From Candidatus Spongiisociaceae bacterium (GTDB lineage: Bacteria; Actinomycetota; Acidimicrobiia; Spongiisociales; Spongiisociaceae), in the NCBI GenBank assembly GCA_965262915.1, contig OZ253564.1, positions 576,001 through 640,000 of the forward strand: a DNA stretch of 64,000 bases, written 5' to 3'. A model generated the notes under the pieces. That model was not told where the DNA came from, made no database searches, and was given only the letters and a program-made list of their open reading frames with translations. Position numbers and translations under genes: made by a program. Below, piece by piece: positions 45,871 through 54,100 of this stretch. The stretch's first letter is position 1; every line of letters begins with the position of its first letter.

Positions 45871-45987
45871 AGCAAATACCGTCACATTCCAACAATCTAA
45901 TTATGGATAAGCACATGCCGTCACATTCCAACAATCTAATTATGGATAGGCAAATGTTGTCACATTCCAACAATCTAATTATGGAAT
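45871..45987 (+). repeat. AT-rich 39-bp tandem repeat x3
   Basis: Identical 27-bp core GTCACATTCCAACAATCTAATTATGGA at 45881, 45920 and 45959. Confidence 0.95.
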
Positions 45988-46298
45988 AGACAAAGAGATT
46001 TTATGTCTAAATGGCCTTGTCTTTTCGCCAGCAGTTTGCTGAAATAGACGGATGTACTTGGGTCGATACCCTGATGGATCTGCAGTCTTGATGTCGCCCA
46101 ACGGTTTCGGTCTGCGGCTGTTGGCTGTCGCCCGGATTCGTCTTTGGGTGAAGAGGTATAACTGGACAATTGCTGGGGTTTGTCGACGTTGGCTGCGCCT
46201 GAGGCGGCGCGCCCGCGTCGGGACCTGCGGCGCGGACTCTGCGCCCGATGGTCTTGAGGACACGCCGACGTTGCCAGAGCCGACGCGGGGGCCGGCCG

Positions 46299-46892
46299 GT
46301 GGACATCGTTGCTGATCTCGCCGTGATCGGCGCCGCCTCGGTGCTGTTGCTCAGCGGATCCTCCAAGATCGCGCGGCCTCGCCCCATCACGACCACCCTG
46401 GTGATGCTTTGGAACACCGCCACCAGACAGGCCCGGTCAGCTGCCTCGCCTCGGCTCGGGCTGATGCTGGGAGTCGGCGAGATGGGCCTCGCCGCCGTCG
46501 TTGCGACGGTGCGGTCCTGGCCGGCGGGCCTAGTCCTTGTGCTCTTCGCAGCGGGATTGGCGGCCGCGGGGGTGATGGGAGTGCTGAGCGGCGGCGAGGT
46601 ACCGTGCGCCTGCTTCGGCAAGGGCGACCGGACCCTGGGCTACGGGCACATCCTGCAGCTTCCGTTGTGGATCTTCGCAGCGTGGGCGGTGGCCCAGGGC
46701 GGAACCCTGTTCAGCGCGGGCACACGTCTCGAGCAGACGCTGGCAATGCTCGCAGTGTGCACCGCCCTCTCGACAGCGTTGCAGGTTGCGAGAGCATGGC
46801 GAGCGGTCTACCCGATCGCGCGGCAGCGCAGGAAGGGCGCGGCTGAGGCTGCGGTCCTGCCGCCGGCCGGTGCGGGGGTCTCCTCGTGGTAG
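46299..46892 (+). CDS. MauE/DoxX-family redox membrane protein
   Basis: LLLSG.SKI, GE..LA, VPCACFG (the CxCFG motif of MauE), several TM helices; start at GTG 46299 or ATG 46248. Confidence 0.8.
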   Translation: MDIVADLAVIGAASVLLLSGSSKIARPRPITTTLVMLWNTATRQARSAASPRLGLMLGVGEMGLAAVVATVRSWPAGLVLVLFAAGLAAAGVMGVLSGGEVPCACFGKGDRTLGYGHILQLPLWIFAAWAVAQGGTLFSAGTRLEQTLAMLAVCTALSTALQVARAWRAVYPIARQRRKGAAEAAVLPPAGAGVSSW

Positions 46893-47506
46893 TCGCCGCC
46901 CTGATCATCTCGATTGCGGCCCTGCTCCTGAGCGGGTTCGTCGCGCTGGCTGTAATGGAGGTGGTCGCCGAGAGGCCAGCCGGTCCGAGACAGCCTGCCG
47001 AGGACTCCATCGAGGAGTTCGAGCTGTCACCGGCAGTGGCCGGGACCTCGGCCAGCTCGCACGGGCTGCCCGATCGGATCGACGGCGCCTCCGCACACCT
47101 TGTGCTCGTGATCTCGCCTCGGTGCTCGATGTGCAAGAAGCTGGCCCTCTCCTTCGACGGGAAGATTCCAGCCCATCTCACGGTCGTGGTGGCCGCGACG
47201 GACGCCGTCCGCATGAGGAAATGGGCCGCCGAGAGCGGGCTGTCGCTGCGGAGGACGGTGTTCGACGACGACATGACCATCGTGAACGGGCTCGAGGTGT
47301 CCTCTAGCCCGACAGTCGTGGGGTTCGTCAACGGCACGGTCGCGTTCGTCGCAGGAGTTGGCGGCCGCCGAGCTCTGGATGACCTGCTGGAGCAACGCAT
47401 TGCGATTCTCGAGCAGGTTCCGAGCGTCGACGCCCCCGAGGAGACAGATGCCGCCGTGTCGGATACCGGCGACGGCTCGCGGGGGAGCCGGACCCGTGGT
47501 CCTTGA
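46886..47506 (+). CDS. Membrane-anchored thioredoxin-like protein (MauD/TlpA-like)
   Basis: N-terminal TM helix, LVLVISPRCSMCKKL (CxxC), V.SSP.VV cis-Pro loop. Confidence 0.78.
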   Translation: MVVAALIISIAALLLSGFVALAVMEVVAERPAGPRQPAEDSIEEFELSPAVAGTSASSHGLPDRIDGASAHLVLVISPRCSMCKKLALSFDGKIPAHLTVVVAATDAVRMRKWAAESGLSLRRTVFDDDMTIVNGLEVSSSPTVVGFVNGTVAFVAGVGGRRALDDLLEQRIAILEQVPSVDAPEETDAAVSDTGDGSRGSRTRGP

Positions 47507-48194
47507 GTTCGTGTCGGCTGTCGGTCTGTTCCTGGGCGGATATCTGCAGAGACACAGTCCTTGAGGCGTCTCCTTCGTGGGCCAGTTCGGCCCCACGTTT
47601 GCGACGAGCAGAGGCATTCGACGGGTGTCTCGCAGCGGTGTCTACGTGCTGGGCGCCCTGCTGTCCTCGGGGATGTTCATTCTCGCGGTCGACATGACAG
47701 CGGGGCACTTCTCTCGAGATGTCCTAGGCGGCGACCGGTCCCGGGCCGCGGCGCTCGTCCTGGTGAGCGTGCTGATCCTCATCGACGCGATCCGGCTGTG
47801 GGGCGGACGCTCCACCTCCTTCGGACCGAACCGGCAGACCCCCTACGCCTGGCGAGCGAGAGGCTGGCCGGGCGTTCTCGGCTGGGGCCTCGACACCGGG
47901 GTTCCGCTCACGACGATTAGGACATCGTCGCTTCCCGTGCTGGGCGTGGTGCTGGTGGCCACCGGACACGGCGGCCCGCTGCACGGCCTGGCCTACGGCT
48001 CGGGCCTGGCGGTCGGCCTTCTCGGCGGAGTGGTTGCGATGTCGCCGCGCGGCGACATCCGAAGCGTGATGGCCGAACTGCTGCGGCGCCGCCGCGCTCT
48101 GAGGCCGGTCATGGTGACGGTGGCTCCGTCCGCGCTGATGATCGGCGTGCTCGTGACCGCCGCGCTGGCGGCGCCCGGCACGGCGGCACCATGA
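47496..48194 (+). CDS. MauF/CcdA-like multi-pass membrane protein with in-frame UGA at codon 23 (putative selenocysteine)
   Basis: RBS GGGGGAG and GTG 47496; reads MVLEFVSAVGLFLGGYLQRHSP[TGA]GVSFVGQF... in one frame; RQTP..W...GWGLDTG..TT; hairpin at 47577-47596. Confidence 0.7.
47565..47606 (+). promoter_or_regulatory. Candidate bacterial SECIS element
   Basis: Upper stem GTGGGCC/GGCCCCAC (one bulge), loop AGTTC 19 nt after the UGA, lower stem CGTC/GACG. Confidence 0.6.
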
Positions 48195-51100
48195 GGCGGG
48201 CTGGGATCCGCGCGGGGCCCGCGGCAGGGGTTGCCGGGCGAGTCCGCCGGGTGTTGTCCGGGCTGGTGCTTGCCGCGGTGGTCGCAGCCGGGATCGGACC
48301 CGGGGGGTCTTGGGCTCAAGTGGGCGACGGCGACGATGAGGGTCGTCATGACGGCTTCGATGATGTGGTCTCGGGTGTGCACGCGTCGGCGATTGATGCT
48401 CTGGCCCAGTTGGGGGTCTTCGAGGGCACCGAGTGCGGCGAGGGGCTGTTCTGTCCCGACGAGCCCATCCGGCGCTGGGTGATGGCGGTGTGGCTGGTGC
48501 GCGTCCTCGAGACGCCGTTGCCCGAGGCCGGCGCGTCGCGCTTCTCTGACGTGGACCCCCAGCAGTGGTGGTCGCGCCATGTGGAGGCCCTGGCCGATCT
48601 GGAGATCACCGCAGGCTGCTCGCGATCGCCGGCCCGGTACTGCCCCGACGAGGTGGTCAGCCGGGCCCAGATGGCGTCGTTCCTGGCCCGGGCGTTCCAC
48701 TTGGAGCCCTCCGAGGAGGGTGAGCGCTTCAGCGACGTGTCGGGCGGCGTGCATGCGGCGAACATCGACGCGCTGGCCGCGAGCGGTATCACCGCAGGCT
48801 GCGCTACCGACCCGGCGCGCTATTGCCCGACCAGGGCCACCACCCGCGCCCAGATGGCATCGTTCCTCAAACGGGCCCGCACCATGTTCATAGGCCCCTG
48901 CCCGACCGAGGCCACAGACGACACCGGCACCACCACACCAAGCACCGGGTCGCCCCCAAGCACCGGGTCGCCCCCAAGCACCGGGTCGCCCCCAAGCACC
49001 GGGTCGCCCCCAAGCACCGGGTCGCCCCCAAGCACCGGGTCGCCCCCAAGCACCGGGTCGCCCCCAAGCACCGGGTCGCCCCCAAGCACCAGGCCTGGTG
49101 TGGTGGTGCCGGGTGCGCCACGCGGTGTGGTGGTGGCGCCGGATGATGGGGAATTGTTGGTGTCCTGGTCGGCGCCGAGCGAGCTGGTGGGCGTGTCGTC
49201 GGTGACCTATGTGGTGGAGTGGCGCTTGGACACCCAGCCCTTTGGCGGGGGGCGCCGGTTGTTGGGTGTGTCGGAGGAGTCCGCGACGATCTCGGGGTTG
49301 GTGAACGGCGCGATGTACGCCGTGCGTGTGTCGGCGGTCTTGTCGGGAAGCCGGGGGCCATGGTCCGAGCCGGTGCCGGGCGCGCCCGGGCGGGTGCTGG
49401 GCGCGCCCCGTGAACTCGTGACCGAGAGGGGCGATCGGGAGTTGGGGTTGTCTTGGGAGCCGCCGGGTGATCCGGGAGGCTTGGAGCCGGGAGACTTCCT
49501 CGCGCCTGAGTACTATGTCGTGCAGTGGGCCGTGGAGGGCGAGTCCTACAGCCTGGACCGCCTGCTCGAGGTGACGGAGACCTCCGCGACGATCACAGGG
49601 CTGGACAACGGCACCCTCTACAGAGTGCGGGTCGCCGCGGTGCGGGTCGTCGCGGTGCCCGTTGCGAGCCCGGAGCTGTGGTCGGAGGCCACTGGCGTGC
49701 CTGCGGTCCCGCCGGACGCGCCCAGCGGCCTGATGGCCGCGGCCGGCGATCAACAGCTGATGCTGTCGTGGGTGTCGGGCGAGTCGGGAGGCTTGCCGGT
49801 AACCGAGCAGCGGCTGCAGTGGCGCTCGAACTCGCAGTTCTTCAGCGAGGACCGGCAACTCGTCATCGGCGACGACACCTCCGCGACGATCACAGGGCTG
49901 GACAACGGCACCCGCTATTGGGTGCGGGTGGCCGCGGTGAGCGGTGCCGGGGTCTCGGACTGGTCCCCTCATGCGTCGGGCCGCCCCGCGACGCGGCCGG
50001 GGGCGCCCGGCGGTCTGGAGGCGACCCGGGACAACCAGTCCTTGGTGCTGTCCTGGGACCGGCCGGCGGACAGCGGCGGGGCGGTGTCGTTGAGCTATGT
50101 GGTGCAGTGGCGCTCGGACGCCCAGTCCTTCAGTGCGGCACGCGAACTGGAGGCGGCGGACACGTTCGCGACGGTGACCTCGCTGGTGAACGGCACGGTC
50201 CACTGGGTGCGTGTCGCGGCCGTCAACGACGACGCGGACGCGGGCCGGGGGGCATGGTCCGAGCCGGTGTCGCGCACCCCGGCCACGAGGCCCGGGGCGC
50301 CACGGCGTGTGGCGGCGACTCGCGGCGACGGGTCTTTGGCTGTGACCTGGGCTGCGCCGGCCGAGTCGGGCGGCGCAGCGGTGGAGGGCTATGTGGTGCA
50401 GTGGCGCTCGGACGCCCAGTCCTTCAGCACGGCCCGCCAGCGGACCACCACTTCGACGTCGGCGACCGTGCCTGGGCTGGTGAACGGCACCACCTACACG
50501 GTGCGGGTCGCCGCGGTCAACAACGTCGGCGCCGGGGCGTGGTCCGAGCCGGTGTCGCGCACCCCGGCCACGAGGCCCGGGGCGCCACGGCGTGTGGCGG
50601 CGACTCGCGGCGACGGGTCTTTGGCTGTGACCTGGGCTGCGCCGGCCGAGTCGGGCGGCGCAGCGGTGGAGGGCTATGTGGTGCAGTGGCATGCCAGCGG
50701 CCAGTCCTTCAGCACGGCCCGCCAGCGGACCACCACTTCGATGTCGGCGACCGTGCCTGGGCTGGTGAACGGCACCGCCTACTGGGTGCGGGTCGCCGCG
50801 GTCAACAACGTCGGCGCCGGGGCGTGGTCCGAGCCGGTGTCGCGCACCCCGGCGACGAGGCCGGGGGCGCCGGTGATCGAAGCGGTCGACGGGGGCAGCG
50901 GCCGGCTCGTGGTTCGCTGGGCCGCGCCCGCGAACGGCGGGTTTCCGGTGAGGAGCTACCAGCTTCAGTGGAAAACTGACAGCCAGACCTTCAGCACGGC
51001 CCGCCAGCGGACCACCACTTCGACGTCGGCGACCGTGCCTGGGCTGGTGAACGGCACCGCCTACTGGGTGCGGGTCGCCGCGGTCAACAACGTCGGCGCG

Positions 51101-54100
51101 GGGGCGTGGTCCGAGCCGGTGTCGGGCATCCCGGCGTCGGCGCCGGGGGCGCCACGCGACCTGGTCGTGACACCCGGCAACGGCCAGCTCGGACTGTCCT
51201 GGCAGCCGCCCGGCGACACCGGCGACGTCGCGGTCGAGTACGTGGTGCAGTGGCGCTCGGGATCCGAGCAATACAGCTCGGCCCGCAGCCAGACCACCGG
51301 CGAGGACTACGCCACGGTCACGGGGCTGGCCAACGGCACCGCCTACTGGGTGCAGGTCACCGCGAACAGCTCCGCGGGCGCGGGGGGCTCCACGGAGGCC
51401 ACCAACGTCGTTCCACGCACCACCCCGTCGGCGCCGCTGCGCCTGGAGGCCACCGTCGGCGACGGCTCACTTGCCCTGCAATGGCAGCCGCCGTCCAGCG
51501 ACGGCGGCGACAGCGTCAGCGGCTACATCGTCCAGTGGAGGGCCGACGGCGAGGACTACGCCACGACCCGCCAACTCGATGCGGCGGGCACGTCCGCGGC
51601 GATAACCGGGCTGGCCAACGGCACCCCCCACACCGTTCGGGTCGCCGCGGTCAACGCGGCGGGCGCCGGGGCATGGTCTACTGAGGCCACGAAGACCCCC
51701 GCAGGCGTGCCGGACGCGCCCCGCGAGGTCACCGCCGCGAGCGGCGACCGGGCCCTGGACGTGTCCTGGGAGCCACCCCCGAACAACGGCTCAGAGATCA
51801 AGCACTATGTGGTCCAATGGAAGGCGGGCGGCGACTACAGCACGGCCCGCCAGCGGACCACCACTTCGACGTCGGCGACCGTGCCTGGGCTGGTGAACGG
51901 CACCGCCTACTGGGTGCGGGTCGCCGCGGTCAACAACGTCGGCGCCGGGGCGTGGTCCGAGCCGGTGTCGCGCACCCCGGCGACGAGGCCGGGGGCGCCG
52001 GTGATCGAAGCGGTCGACGGGGGCAGCGGCCGGCTCGTGGTTCGCTGGGCCGCGCCCGCGAACGGCGGGTCTCCGGTGAGGAGCTACCAGCTTCAGTGGA
52101 AAACTGACAGCCAGACCTTCAGCACGGCCCGCCAGCGGACCACCACTTCGACGTCGGCGACCGTGCCTGGGCTGGTGAACGGCACCGCCTACTGGGTGCG
52201 GGTCGCCGCGGTCAACAACGTCGGCGCGGGGGCGTGGTCCGAGCCGGTGTCGGGCATCCCGGCGTCGGCGCCGGGGGCGCCACGCGACCTGGTCGTGACA
52301 CCCGGCAACGGCCAGCTCGGACTGTCCTGGCAGCCGCCCGGCGACACCGGCGACGTCGCGGTCGAGTACGTGGTGCAGTGGCGCTCGGGATCCGAGCAAT
52401 ACAGCTCGGCCCGCAGCCAGACCACCGGCGAGGACTACGCCACGGTCACGGGGCTGGCCAACGGCACCGCCTACTGGGTGCAGGTCACCGCGAACAGCTC
52501 CGCGGGCGCGGGGGGCTCCACGGAGGCCACCAACGTCGTTCCACGCACCACCCCGTCGGCGCCGCTGCGCCTGGAGGCCACCGTCGGCGACGGCTCACTT
52601 GCCCTGCAATGGCAGCCGCCGTCCAGCGACGGCGGCGACAGCGTCAGCGGCTACATCGTCCAGTGGAGGGCCGACGGCGAGGACTACGCCACGACCCGCC
52701 AACTCGATGCGGCGGGCACGTCCGCGGCGATAACCGGGCTGGCCAACGGCACCCCCCACACCGTTCGGGTCGCCGCGGTCAACGCGGCGGGCGCCGGGGC
52801 ATGGTCTACTGAGGCCACGAAGACCCCCGCAGGCGTGCCGGACGCGCCCCGCGAGGTCACCGCCGCGAGCGGCGACCGGGCCCTGGACGTGTCCTGGGAG
52901 CCACCCCCGAACAACGGCTCAGAGATCAAGCACTATGTGGTCCAATGGAAGGCGGGCGGCGACTACAGCACGGCCCGCCAGCTGGAGGCGGCGGGCAACA
53001 CGGCGACGGTGACCGCTCTGGTGAACGGCACCGCCTACTGGGTGCGGGTCGCCGCGGTCAACAACGTCGGCGCCGGGCCGTGGTCCACCGAGGCCACGAA
53101 GACCGCCGCCACCGTGCCGAGCGCGCCCCGCAACCTGACAGTCGAACGCCGCAACTCGGCCCTGGCCGCGACGTGGACCGCGCCCGCCTCAACCGGCGGC
53201 CTGGCGATCGAGGAGTACCAGATTCAGTGGACGACCGACCCCAGCGACTACGGACCGGACAAGGAGGGCACCGTGACAGGCACGACGGCGACGCTCCCCT
53301 TCCTGGTCAACGGCACCGAATACATGGTGCGGGTCGCGGCGGTCAACGGCATCGGCGCCGGGGCATGGTCCACCCAGGAGTCAGGCACTCCCTCCCCTCC
53401 CCCGACGGTGCCGGGGCGGCCCGAGATCGACGCGGTGGACGCTGCGGACCGCCGGCTGGTGGTGCGCTGGAGCCCGCCCGCGAACGACGGCGGCGACGAC
53501 ATCACCGGCTACATAGTGCGCTGGCGCACCCAACTCGGCTCCTACAACGCCGCCAACACGCACCCGGGGATCGGCGCGTCGGTATCGAGCGACACGATCG
53601 ACGAGCTGGACAAGAACACCCGGTACTGGGTACAGGTTGCCGCGGTCAACGGCATCGGCGCCGGGCGGTGGTCCGACGCTGTGTCGGCCACCATCCCGAT
53701 GACCGCGCCGGGCGCGCCTCTCGGCCTGGCGGTCGCTGGAGGCGACGCCGAGCTCCAGCTGTCATGGAGGCAGCCCCACGACACCGGAGGCGCCCAGCCC
53801 CTCACCTACGTCGTGCAATGGCGCTCCGGCGACCAGCAATACGACACGACACGCCAACAGACGACCGTCTCGACGTCAGCGACGATCACGGGGCTCGACA
53901 ACGGCACCCGATACTGGGTGAAGGTCACCGCGACCAACGCCGAGGGGTCCACACCCGGCGTCGAACGCGACGGCACCCCGCTGACCGGGCCCGGCCCACC
54001 CACGATGGTCGAGTTCACAAGCGACCCCATGGCGCCGGGCCGGCTGGTGCTGTCGTGGGCCGCTCCCGACGACAACGGCGGAACCGCCCTCACCGGATAC

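Noticed and set aside
45871-45987. 39-bp repeats as a CRISPR array
   Set aside because: The intervening sequences are only 12 bp and resemble each other, and no cas genes are present.
47577-48194. GTG 47577 as the true start of the membrane protein
   Set aside because: It has no RBS and sits inside the hairpin; the upstream in-frame segment has an RBS, overlaps the previous stop and encodes a TM helix.
47993-51271. 1092-aa antisense ORF and many other long Arg/Pro/Gly-rich ORFs
   Set aside because: Shadow frames of real high-GC genes, with no motifs of their own.
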